Positions 34,813 to 45,584 of a stretch of DNA of 64,000 bases are shown one piece after another. The DNA comes from Thecamonas trahens ATCC 50062 (taxonomy: Eukaryota > Protista > Apusomonadida). The position numbers and the translations under genes were made by a program. Position 1 is the stretch's first letter, and every line of letters starts with the position of its first letter. The stretch covers positions 1-64,000 of the forward strand of contig NW_013657673.1 of the NCBI RefSeq assembly GCF_000142905.1, written 5' to 3'. The notes under the pieces were generated by a model, which saw only the letters and a list, made by a program, of their open reading frames with translations, was not told the origin of the DNA and did not search any database.

Positions 34813-35961
34813 ATGGCGTCCTTCTCGGTCTCGACACGCCGCTCAAGCTTGTTATCTTTCTTGCGTACATGTCGTTGTGGACAGGCCTCCGTATCATCAT
34901 CTTTGCCTCGCAGCAAGGCAGCCAGTACAACACAGCCGCGGTGGTACGTCCTCGCTCCCCCCCCTTCCCTCGCCTTGCCCTCGCTTCACCCTCCTCTGTA
35001 CTCACATACCTTTATATATACATATATATGCACAAACACACATGTAGGTGCTCTGCATCGAGACTGTCAAGCTCCTGCTCGCAGCGCAGATGTTTGTGTC
35101 AAGGGATGGGACGTTCAGCGAGCTGCTCGCCCAGCTGAGCAAGCATCGGGCTCTCCTGGCAAAGTACTTTGTGCCAGCCTTCCTCTACTGCATCTACAAC
35201 AATCTTACCTTTACCGTCTTGTCGGTTGTCAATCCGTCGACTTACGCCATTCTGCAGCAGCTTAGGCTGGTGGTCACGGGATTGCTCTACGAGCGGTGCC
35301 TCTCCAGGCGGCTCTCACGGATGCAGTGGATCGCCATTGTCCTTCTCACCATCGGCTGTATGGTCAAGGAGGCCGACCAGTTCTCAACCAGCAGTAGTGT
35401 CTCGACGCGGACCACGCCTGTGACTATGTATCTGTTTATCCTGCTGCAGATCGCATGCGCTGTCGCTGCAGGCGTCTACAACGAGGTCCTGCTCAAGGAA
35501 GAGACCGGGACAAGCATCAATTTGCAGAACGTGTGCATGTATCTCAACTCGATCGTGTGCAACGTTTTGTTTATGGCCCTCGGCTTTGGCCGTTACTCCC
35601 TCGCCGAGGCCCTCGAGCCCGCAACATCCGCCCGCTCTTCTCCTTCTCGGTCTTCCCCATCATCCTCACCTACGCCTCCATCGGCATTGTCACCTCGATC
35701 TTCCTCAAGCACCTCAACTCGGTCCTCAAGACCATCGCCTCAGCCCTTGAGCTCTACGCCACCGCTGCCACCGCCCTCCTCCTCTTCGGCACTCCCATCG
35801 ATGGCTTTACGGTCATCTCGCTCATTCTCGTCTCAGGCGGCGTCTACATCTACTCGGCTTTCCCCCCGGATCCTAGCCCGCCTACACTCTCGCAGCCTGC
35901 CCGAAACGACGACGATGCCGACGCCGTCCTCACGGCCGGCAAGGGCGAGGTCTCGGTCTGA
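34813..35961 (+). CDS. Nucleotide-sugar transporter, SLC35A family; intron 34944-35047; frameshifts ~34823, ~35618
   Basis: YNTAAV|VLCIETVK, YFVPAFLYCIYNNL, TYAILQQLR, QWIAI, AGVYNEVLLK, NLQN, GIVTSIFLKHLNSVLK. Confidence 0.9.
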
Positions 35962-36268
35962 CTTGAACCTCTCCCCTCCCCTCCCCCTCTTCATTGCCAC
36001 TACATCTCGTCAACCCAGGCCCACCAGGCCCACCAGGCCCACTAGGCCCCCCATCCCTCCCTCTACCGCCCATGCTCACCAACTAGATCTTCAAAGCAAT
36101 CATATCCCACATTCCAAATCCCTCCTCCCCGCCCATTCTGCTCGCCGACCTGCCGTTGCCTGTCACCCGCTCTCCCCGCCCGCCTCCCACGCAAGCGCCC
36201 CCTCCCTCTCCCTGCACTCGCGAACACTGCACTTGCTCTAGAGAGACAAGAAGGCAAGGCGGGCAGCC

Positions 36269-39200
36269 ATGGGTAGCTACTTTCGGCCGTTGTCACCTAC
36301 CCGCTTCTCCACACGTCCAAGATACTCACTGGCGCCTTATGTGTCGCCAGAGCCGGCGCTCCTGGCCGACCTCCCGCGACTTGGTTCGCCGCCACCCGCA
36401 CATGGCTCGTCCTCGTCCCCAAACCACGACCCTTTTCGGGCAACGGCTCGTCAATCGTCACCCATTGCCTTGTACCACCACCGACAGGGACAATGGTCGG
36501 ATCGCCCGCTCTCAGAGTTCTCCCCGCCGCGTCACCGCCATCATACTCGTGATCACCGCCATCGCTCTCCCCTCCCGCCGCATGCATCGTTGTTGGCGAG
36601 ACCCAAGGAGACCCTCTCCGGCATGCGCCACATCGAGCAGGTGAGGTTGGCCCGTGAGCGCGAGGAGGCCCACCCGCCACCAGCCCGCCCGCGCAGCGTC
36701 AACTCGCCGCTCTTTGAGCTGGCGGATCGCAGCTCTCCGCCCGGCACCCGCTCGACGACAACGCCAACCGGCGGTGTTGCTGCGTCCGGCGTCGCGGGCC
36801 CGAGCGGAAGCCGCGGAAGCATAGCCGGGGCCAAGGCTGCCGAGCGGAGGCGGCGGCGGTCGCGCAGCTCGGCTCGGCGCGACTCGGCGCAGTCGGCGCG
36901 GTCGGCGCGGTCGGCGCGGTCGACACGGTCGTCGCTCCCGTCGACCGTCATCGAGCTCGACGAGGTGTCTGCCAGTTTTGGCGACGGATCGAGTTCCGAG
37001 GCTAGTGCTCAAGGCGAGTCGACCAGCTTGGCGCAGAGCGGCAAGCCGCGGTCGATCGCCTCTCTCCGCGCCCGGGAGGACTCGGCAGTTCTGGACGACT
37101 CGTGGTACGATCCACCGACGGTCAATCGGAGGCTTATGAGTCTCAAGCTGAGCCAAGAGCCGCGGCGCGACTCGATGTTTCTCGGCTCGACCGAGTTTGC
37201 GACGACGTCGTCGCCCGATGTTCGCTCCTCCAACGCAGACCTCAACATTCATCCACCGCGGCGGTACGCGTCGACGCTCTCAATTGGAGGGCACGGATTT
37301 GCGGCGACGGTCGCGCCCTCGGGCTCGCACATGTCGAAGAGCGGGTCGAGCTCGGAGCTCGGCTCGCTGCCGTTTGCGTCGGTTCCAGTCAACTCGGTGG
37401 TGTCGGGCGAGGACCAGTCACTTGTCGACCCATCGGGCCATCCAGTGGTGCTCAAGTCCGCGCTGCGGGCACGGGTCGACGGCGCGCTGGACTCCGTTGC
37501 CTACCTGGTAGTGGTCTCCATCGTCACACTCTATGTGCTCTACATCGACGACGCAATTGTGGTTGCTGGCCGAGAGCACACCGACGACACCAAGCGGATC
37601 ATCTTTGCCTTTCTTGTCCTCAAAGTTCTTGCCGCCTTTTCTTCCTCGGCGAGTTCATCGTCTTCAACTGGGCACGCCGCGAGACGTACCCGTTCTCGTT
37701 CTTCTTTTGGCTCGACATACTTGCGCTTGTCTCGTTTGTGCCGGACTTGCTCGAGCTCTTTGCTGGCATCACCTCGCTCGGCCTTGCCGGCTCGCTGGCA
37801 GTCTCGCGAGCCGGGCGGGCGGCGCAGGCGTCGTCGCGGGCGGTCCGCGCGTCGAAGCTCGCCAAAGCGCCTCTGGGCACGGTCGAGAACCAGATCGACG
37901 AGTTCAACCGCATGTCTGGCCTCGCCCGTCGGCCGTCGGCTCGCAGCTCATCCAGGTGACAACTAACAAGGTTACCGTCCTCGTCCTCCTTGTCTACTTT
38001 GCCTCTCTTCTCCTCCAGGTTGAGGCGCCACTCGAGGACCACGTCAAGGCCAACATCGAGGCGGTGGAGGCGACGATGCTCGCAGGCAGCAGCGGTGCTG
38101 CGCTCGTGGAGTCGACCCTCATTCCCGCGCTCAGCGCAGGCTACGGTTCGACAAATGTGGAGCTGCTGCACATGTGGTCGCTTGGTACACGGCTGGCCGG
38201 CTCGCAAGCTGCGGTCGACATGCTCAACCCGGTGTACGTGGTCAAGGTTGTGTCGTCGTCGAGGAACTCGGGCGCCGAGTACTCGGTCCGGCACACTGTC
38301 CGCCTCAACGCCGGCCTCAACATTGTGCTCATCACGATCCTGCTTGCTGCGCTCATTCTCGGCTCGTACCTCATATCCAAGGATGCGGACCGATTGATCA
38401 AGGTTGCCATTCACAAGATTACCCGCGCGCTCATGGCTGTCTTTGACAACATCTCGCGCAAGGCTGTCGAGCCGGTTCCCACCGTGTCGGGCGGTGGGTT
38501 GGCGTCGGTGTCGGAGAAAAGGCTTCCGGTAGCGGCGAGAACTCTGAAGCCACTGTCCTGCTCAACATGCTCAACACCATTGGTGAGCGGGCCGGCTCAG
38601 ACGCGGCGCTCGTCCGCAGGCTTCGGCAGCAGCGCGAAGAGTACCTGGTAGCTGCCAAGCGGATGGAGATGGAGCTCCGGCAGTGGCGGCGGACCAAGCC
38701 GACCGCTCACATCGGGCGAGTCCCTCTGTTCTCGCGCGAGACCGAAGGCTCGGACCCGCTCTCCAGCGAGTGGATTGTCTTTGCCGACGAGTCGACCGAG
38801 CTGTCGGGCGCAGCTATCAACGCGGCGCTCGACGCTGTTGTTTCTGCGCTCGGCGAAGTCCCGCAGAGCGAGGCGCTGGCCAAGGTCGTGCTCTCGGGCT
38901 CGGTGCCGGGCCTTGTCGGCTGGCTCGTCTCGGACCTCCAGCCGCTACCGTTTGTTCCCCCAGGCGAGGTCCTCGACTACACATACGTACTCATGGTCAA
39001 CTACCGGTCGTTCATGGACCCGGCAGCGCTGCTGGAAGACCTCATCATGGCATACTGCCGCGCACCACCCAAGGTCACCGCATCGCAGCACAGGCTGATC
39101 GAAGAAGGCATCACGCCCGAGGAGATGCGGCTGGTCCGCGAAATGTTTGCAAGGTTTGATGCCGACGGCAACGGCACGCTCTCGCGCGACGAGATGGCCA

Positions 39201-40435
39201 TGGTTCTCTCCGAGCTCGATCGTGGGTGCACGCCCGAGGATGTCGAGACGCTGATGACCGAGCTCGACGAGGACCAGTCGGGCGAAATCGACTTTGACGA
39301 GTTTTTCAATGGCCTCACCAGCCTCATCTCCAGCCGCGAGGCGGCGCTCGAGGCGTGGAAGACTGACGTGCTGGAGCCACTCCGCCGCAGGGTTGCCCTC
39401 GTCCTCGAGTACTGGATCACCCAGTTTACCTCGGACTTTGTCACCTCGCCCGACTTGCTCGCGCTGGCCGAGACCTTCCTCGGCCTGTTCATGCCCGAGA
39501 CCGGCATGGAGGCCGAGGGCGACGCGCTGCTGAACCTGCTTGATTCGGTGCTGTCGCGGGCGGCGAGCGCAAACGCAGCGCACGTCGGTGTCCGCCTCGA
39601 CACCGGCCTTCCGCCCCTGCCGCGGATGTCAGGCGGCGCGGCCGACGCACTGTTGGCGGCCGACCCGGTGGAGATTGCGCGCCAGCTGACGCTGGTCGAC
39701 GCCCGGCTGTACGGGGCCATCCAGCGGACCGAGCTCGTCGACGGCGCGCACATGTCCGAGAACAAGAACGTGCGCGCACCCAACGTGTCGGCGCTTGTCG
39801 CTCAGCACAATGCAGTCTCGCGGTGGGTCGAGGCATCGATCCTTGCACCAACCAAGATCAAGGAGCGGGTGGCGGTCATCAAGCTCTTTGTCCACACCAT
39901 GGTCGCTTGCTCGCAGCTCTCCAACTTTAATGGCGTCATGGCCATCTACGCCGCGCTCCAGGGCACCGCCATCGATCGGCTGCGCAAAACATGGGCCAAG
40001 GTTCCCAAGGACGTCATGTCCGAGCTCGAGGCCGTCGGCGCCCTCATGAGCTACGAGAAGAACTTCAAGGCGTACCGCAGCCATGTTGCGGAGCTCACCG
40101 GGCCCTCAGTCCCATACCTCGGCATTTACTTCAAGGACCTCATCGGAGTCGACGAGGGCAACGAGAAGCGGACCGCGAACGGGTTCATCAACATGGAAAA
40201 GTGCTACCTCACCGCCTTTACCATCTCGGAGCTCCTTCGCTGGCAGCCCGAGACCTCAGCGTATACCTTTGTCGGCATCGATGAGGTCCAGGCGCTCTGG
40301 CGCGAGTTCTTTGAGCCCGCCGACCTCCGCCTCCCGCTCGGCTTTGATGTCGAGCCCGGATGGGTGCCGTCGCCGCCGACTGAAGATGATCTATTCAAGC
40401 TCTCGCTCGAGCGCGAGCCGCGGGTTAAGCGGTGA
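36269..40435 (+). CDS. Multi-TM voltage-sensor-like module + EF-hand-interrupted REM + CDC25 RasGEF (~1390 aa after three +1 homopolymer repairs at ~37638, ~37926, ~38497)
   Basis: TM segments with FFFWLD (S3-like) and RAGRAAQASSRAVRASKLAK (S4-like); REM YRSFMDP..RRRVALVLEYWI; EF loops DADGNGTLSRDE and DEDQSGEIDFDE; CDC25 EIARQLTL, NFNGVMAI, RLRKTW, VPYLGIYFKDL, FINMEK. Confidence 0.85.
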
Positions 40436-40490
40436 TGCGCATGTTGCAAGAACGGCGACACAGCTGGCTTTACTGCGGCGGCAAAAGTAA

Positions 40491-40952
40491 CTACTCCATC
40501 ATCTCAATCTGCATCGGCTCCTCTTCGTCCTTGCCCTTGCCACCGTCAGTCGGCTCGGGCTTGGGAATGACGAGCTTGATCGAGTTGTCGGGCGCACGAG
40601 TGGCGGTCACCGTCTCGGGGTTGACTCCGGTCGGAAGAGGGAACGAGCGCGAGAACGACGAGAACGATGACTGCGAGCAGGTGAAGCCGTCGACCTCCTT
40701 GGTCGACGAGTGTTCGTCCGAGCCCGAAATCGTCACGTTGCCGTCCTTGATCGAGAGCTTGACCTTGTCACGCGGAACAGGCAGATGCGCCACAACCTCG
40801 TATGCTGTATCCTTCTCGCTTACATTAAACGAGAGCCGCGAGTGCGGCGTCGACGTCGTCACCGCACGCGAGTGCGGCGACCGCACAGAGCCGACGTGTT
40901 CAAAGACCGGCCAGTCGTCCCAGAGCCACGAGCGGAACGGAGAGAGCATCAT
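40491..40952 (-). CDS. Small heat-shock protein (Hsp20/alpha-crystallin)
   Basis: FNVSEKDTAYEVVAHLP..VTISG..SFSRSFPLP..V.PETVTA..IKLVIPK. Confidence 0.92.
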   Translation of the reverse strand: MMLSPFRSWLWDDWPVFEHVGSVRSPHSRAVTTSTPHSRLSFNVSEKDTAYEVVAHLPVPRDKVKLSIKDGNVTISGSDEHSSTKEVDGFTCSQSSFSSFSRSFPLPTGVNPETVTATRAPDNSIKLVIPKPEPTDGGKGKDEEEPMQIEMME

Positions 40953-41502
40953 CTTTGTTGTCTTTGTAAATGTTGTCTTTGTCAGTGTACGCGATTGACT
41001 GGGTGACTCCCCTGGCCGTTGCTCGTGCCGGTTTTATTCTGGTCTGTGGGAGCGTGCCCGACGAATTTCGTGAAGCTGGGAACGCTTCGCTGGTGCCCAA
41101 CGTTATCCGCGACAACATTCTGCGCTCAAATGTCTCAGAAAGCTCGGGCAGGGATGCGGAAAAGCGCTGCTGGAGAAGGGCAGTCTGCTTGCATTGCAGT
41201 GAAGGAGCAGAAAGCCACTCAGAAGGAGGCCTATGTGTGTGGGGATGGGTGGCTAGTCCTGCGCGAGGCAGTAAAGCTGAAAAAGTGATGTACCGAACAG
41301 AAAGCAGTTGCGGGGAAGTCCTTGCAAATCTCGTAGAGACATGGCTATTCCAGCCGCAGGCCTAGTTTCTAAGTCAATACGATGTATCGTGATACTGCAG
41401 GTGCGGTAGCGGGTGTATTGAGCGTGCGCGTGTTGGTAGGTGGGACTGTGGACGTGGCTAGGGCGGGTGTGACCCTTCACTTTTTTCTCCCTCTCCGTCT
41501 CG

Positions 41503-41539
<37 letters not shown>

Positions 41540-41805
41540 TCTCTCACAACCAGCAATCCAGCCACGATCAAGCGTAATCGCTGCACATTGCAGCTTTGAG
41601 CAGCATTGTGACAACCAGATGTGAATTTGCATGACTTCCGCAAGGTCCAGGCAATTGATCATCGGCCGGCAAGTCGAGGGGACAAGACGAGCGGTTTTGG
41701 CGGTCAAGTCGGTCAGCCGGCATTCAGCCAGCCGCCAGACCAGTGAGAGGGGGAGGGGAGCGGGACAAGGTCACATTCAACTCGGAGCAGTCGGCGTGCG
41801 GAGGT

Positions 41806-44382
41806 ATGGAGGGGCATGGTGTGCTGCAGGAGCTATATGCGGTGTCTGGGGACATGGACGCCGAGGTCAAGCTGCTTGACCGCGTCACAACCTGGCTGTT
41901 CTCAGAGTCGGCAGCAGCAGAGAGCAATCAGGGGAGCGTGGCGAGGATGGACGGTGACGACTGGCTTGCGCTGCTGCGGTATGCCTTTGAGCGAAGATAC
42001 GGATGGTCCGAGTGGCACTCGCCACCGCAAGCTGATGAGGCTGGCCAAGGAGCTGAGCGCGCCGCCGGCTCTGGCTCTGGCTCTGACTCTGGCTCTAGCT
42101 TGGGTGACGGACCGGCTACGCCGTGCAAACAGAAGGGTGTGAGCCAAGTCGATCTGAGCACTGAGCCGTCACCGCCGCGGCTGCCGCCGATGGGATCGTC
42201 GGCCTCGCTGCTCGCCGAGTCGTCGCGGGGGATGAGCCATGTCAACAGCGCCATCAACGAGTTGCTGCTCAAGCTCAAGGCGCACCAGGAGTGGCCGGAG
42301 GCCGTACACCATGCGCTGGCACAGGTGCGGCTGCTCACGACCAAGCATGCAGTTCGCAAGTCGGCGCTGATGTTTGAAATTGACCACGGGCTGGCGCACG
42401 GGACCGAGGTGCGGGACCTTGTTGTGGCCGGCCTCTTTGACGTGTGGTCGGCGATTCGCAAGGCTGCGGCAAGCCGCGTTCCACAGCTGATGGCGGCGAG
42501 ACCGGAGGCGACCGAAGCGCTGGTGGATGAACTTGTGGCGGCGGTGACCGAGTGCAGCGAGGTGCCATGGCAGACACGACACGGCGCAGTGCTGGGACTG
42601 ACGGCTGTGGCGTGTCGCGGGTACGAGCTGGTGCCGCCACTGGCGTCGCGCGCACAGGTTGTTGTCGACGGCCTGCTGCGGCTGATGGCGTCGGCGCAAG
42701 CCGCGGTGCGAACCGCAGCAGTGGGCGCGCTTGCTGCGGTGGCGGCGCGGTCACCAGTGTCAGTCACTGTCGAGCTGCTGCAGGGCAGCATGGCAACAAG
42801 TGGCGAGACGCTTGCGGCGGCAGTACTTGCGGCGGCGAACGCACCGCTGGACGTGGTGCTGGCGCAGTGGGAGGCGCGTGTGGAGGCGGGGGTTGCGCTG
42901 CTGGGCTCGGCGGCGTCGACGGTGCGACAAGACGCGGCACGGCTGGCGGCACTGGTGGCGCAGCGGTGTCGCGCGGTTGGTGCGATGGAGTCGCTTGAGC
43001 GCGTGGTGTCGGCCGTGGTGGCTGGCGCCGAGGCCCGCAAAGCCGGCGAGTGGCAGGTCTGCGAAGGTGCGCTGTTTGCGCTCGAGCACGTGCTGGAGAA
43101 TGTGCTGGCACAAGACGCACGCGGGCGTGGTGAGGCCGGTCCTGAACCGTCCGCCACCGCGGATCCGCTAATCATGGAACTCGCAGGTCCGGCAGGCGCA
43201 GGTGTGGCCATCTACGCTCAGGGCGTGGAGCTGTGGTGCGCGCCCGGGGTGAGCGCACCAAGCCGGCTCTCACCAGAGCTGCTGGCCCGGGTGCTGGCTC
43301 TGGTTGTGGCGGCGCAAGGCGCAGAGGTGTGGGAGCTGACCAGGATGAGCGCGCGGGTGCTTCCACTGGCTGCGCGAGTCCTGCTGGCGCACGCACCGCA
43401 CGAGCTGGAAGCGAGCTGGCAGGCGCATCTGCCGGGGCTGGAGGCGCCGGACGCAGCGCCAACCGACGATGCACTCGTTGCGCTGCACACGCTTGCTATT
43501 GCGCTGGATGACCGCGACTATGTTTTGAGAGCAGAGCATGTTCTTAGCTCGGCTGTGGCGCCGGCACTGGCCATGGTGCTCTCGGCGCCGTTCCGGCTCT
43601 CGTCGGTGCCCGCGGTCGAAGTTGTGGTCCGCGCCGCAGTGGCGCAGAGCGGCGGACTGGACGATGCTGATCTCGCCGAGGTTGCCGGCAAGCTCCGCAA
43701 GCTGACGTGCATTGCGCACAAGATCCTCAAGCGCAAGATGGCCAAGATGGCGGCGCTGGCCGGCGCGGCAACAAAGGTGGTGATGGAGAAGAGGAGCGCG
43801 TCGAATGCCAAGGCGGCAGCGCTGCAGGACGAGGTTCTCAAGGCCATTGCGCCACTCGCCGAGGACCTGGCGGCGGTGCTTGGACCACTTGCTGCTGCAA
43901 AGTGGATCCACTACTTTGCGTCGCTGGCGTATGTGGTGGGCGCCGAGGCGGTGCGTGAGCCGCTCCTCCTTGCTGTCGCCGCGGTGGTTCGGCGGACGGC
44001 CAAGCGCGAGCTCGAACTGGCGCCTGAAGCGCTTGCGGCCGCAGTCTGCTGGATGGCGCCGCTGCTCCGTGATCCGGTGCTCGACGACGATGGGCTGAGT
44101 CTTGCAGTCGACATTGTTCGCAGCGGCGTATCCCACCTTGTGGCCTGCGGCTACAACGAGGTCGCCCACGTCGTCGACGTCGTCCACATCGCTCTCGCGG
44201 CGCGGATCGACAGTGTGGAGGCGCTGGGCGTCTCGGTCGAGAACGAGCTCTTGGCGCTGCTCGCTGTCGATGAGAGCGAGAGCTTTGCAGCAGGCAGCGG
44301 CGTTCCCGCAACCGAGGCCGTCGACACCGAGCTTGACTCGGTCACTGAGCTGCTGGAATGGCTGACACGCCGGAGTGAATGA
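41806..44382 (+). CDS. Hypothetical ARM/HEAT-repeat protein
   Basis: Long ORF with HEAT-like units (WQTRHGAVLGL, AVRTAAVGAL, TVRQDAA, WQVCEGALFAL, WELTRMS). Confidence 0.75.
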   Translation: MEGHGVLQELYAVSGDMDAEVKLLDRVTTWLFSESAAAESNQGSVARMDGDDWLALLRYAFERRYGWSEWHSPPQADEAGQGAERAAGSGSGSDSGSSLGDGPATPCKQKGVSQVDLSTEPSPPRLPPMGSSASLLAESSRGMSHVNSAINELLLKLKAHQEWPEAVHHALAQVRLLTTKHAVRKSALMFEIDHGLAHGTEVRDLVVAGLFDVWSAIRKAAASRVPQLMAARPEATEALVDELVAAVTECSEVPWQTRHGAVLGLTAVACRGYELVPPLASRAQVVVDGLLRLMASAQAAVRTAAVGALAAVAARSPVSVTVELLQGSMATSGETLAAAVLAAANAPLDVVLAQWEARVEAGVALLGSAASTVRQDAARLAALVAQRCRAVGAMESLERVVSAVVAGAEARKAGEWQVCEGALFALEHVLENVLAQDARGRGEAGPEPSATADPLIMELAGPAGAGVAIYAQGVELWCAPGVSAPSRLSPELLARVLALVVAAQGAEVWELTRMSARVLPLAARVLLAHAPHELEASWQAHLPGLEAPDAAPTDDALVALHTLAIALDDRDYVLRAEHVLSSAVAPALAMVLSAPFRLSSVPAVEVVVRAAVAQSGGLDDADLAEVAGKLRKLTCIAHKILKRKMAKMAALAGAATKVVMEKRSASNAKAAALQDEVLKAIAPLAEDLAAVLGPLAAAKWIHYFASLAYVVGAEAVREPLLLAVAAVVRRTAKRELELAPEALAAAVCWMAPLLRDPVLDDDGLSLAVDIVRSGVSHLVACGYNEVAHVVDVVHIALAARIDSVEALGVSVENELLALLAVDESESFAAGSGVPATEAVDTELDSVTELLEWLTRRSE

Positions 44383-44449
44383 AACCCATTTGAAAGGGGA
44401 CAATTTGGAGGTCGAACCAATAAAATGCTCAGCCAAGCGTTTTATACTT

Positions 44450-44570
44450 GAATGCGTTCATCCTATGCTGAAAATACCCGATCCCGTCTCGCTCTCGGAA
44501 GTCAAGCAGCATGAGGCTTGGTTAGTACTGTGGTGGGGGACCACACGGGAATACCGAGTAACGCATTCTT
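44450..44570 (+). rRNA. 5S ribosomal RNA gene
   Basis: ~120 nt; helix I GAATGCGTT/AACGCATTC; conserved CCCGATCCCGTC, GAAGTCAAGCAG, GGTTAGTACT..GGGACC..GGGAATAC. Confidence 0.93.
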
Positions 44571-44580
44571 TCTTCTTTTT
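44569..44580 (+). terminator. Pol III oligo-T terminator of 5S gene
   Basis: TTTCTTCTTTTT directly after helix I. Confidence 0.65.
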
Positions 44581-44905
44581 GCCCAACTACACACCCTCCC
44601 TACATACATCCACCCACCCCTAACCCCACCATCGTTAGTGCCCATCATCGCGCATCATCTTGCCGGCCACCTCCCTCCTGCCTATGTTCTCTCACCCATC
44701 CAAAGTTTGACATCGGCATGTGCGCAGCCAGGTTGTGGGCCAACTCATCATCGAGTCGAGCATTCCTTCCACGCCGTACTGCCGGCGCCGGCCAGCAGCA
44801 GGATCAGCTCGAGCTTCTTTTGCCGTCGCCGCGAGCCACCTGACGACGACAAGCCTTCTCACCGGCAGGTCTTTGGCGGGGGACAGGTGAGAGGCAGACA
44901 GTGAC

Positions 44906-45575
44906 ATGTTCTTCAGCCCGGGCTTCTCACCCGTGGGCAGCAGCAACCGGCAATACGGATACCCAACGGGGGGCAGGAAGGCCCACCGACATGGCTCCAT
45001 GTTCTCATCTCGGCCCTGCTCTACGTCCTTCTCACGGCCTTGGCCGTAGCCATGCTCGCGCCGGCTGTCGGCAGCGGATGTGTGGCGGAGAAGTCGGCGA
45101 GTGAGCCATCGCTGGCGGTGCTGGGCACGATGAGCGGCGAGGGCGAGTGCTGGGAGGTGATGTGATGCAGGTGTACCAGACAGGCATGGTGATGGCGATC
45201 GCCTGTGGTCTCGTCACTGCTCTACACCATCTCGACGAGCCAGGACTGGGAGGCATGTATGGCGGGGCGACGGTGGTCCTTGGCGGCCTCTTTCATACCC
45301 TCGTCACTGGCTCGGATGTGTGGCGGAAGGCGCTCCACGGGCTGCCGCTCATGCGGGCGGCCGAGCTGCGCCTCTTTGGTGTTGTCCATCACTTTGCGCT
45401 CCTCATCACCGTCGGTACCATCGGCGTGCTCGTCGGCAACAAAATGGCGTCGGGGAGCTGGCTTGGCCCGGCCATGGACGTCGGGTCGGGACGCCCGCGT
45501 CGGACAAGCTACCTTGACGCCGTCACCGGCATGGAGACCTACGGTGAGGCCAGCCTCTGGGCCGACGACTGGTGA
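44906..45575 (+). CDS. Hypothetical multi-pass membrane protein; frameshifts ~44970, ~45153
   Basis: ATG 44906; hydrophobic segments in three successive frames that join by +1 G in G-runs. Confidence 0.55.
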
Positions 45576-45584
45576 TGGATGCAC

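Noticed and set aside
41055-41095. Heat-shock element upstream of Hsp20
   Set aside because: GAA/TTC units are present, but only two are correctly spaced (TTCgtGAA); insufficient.
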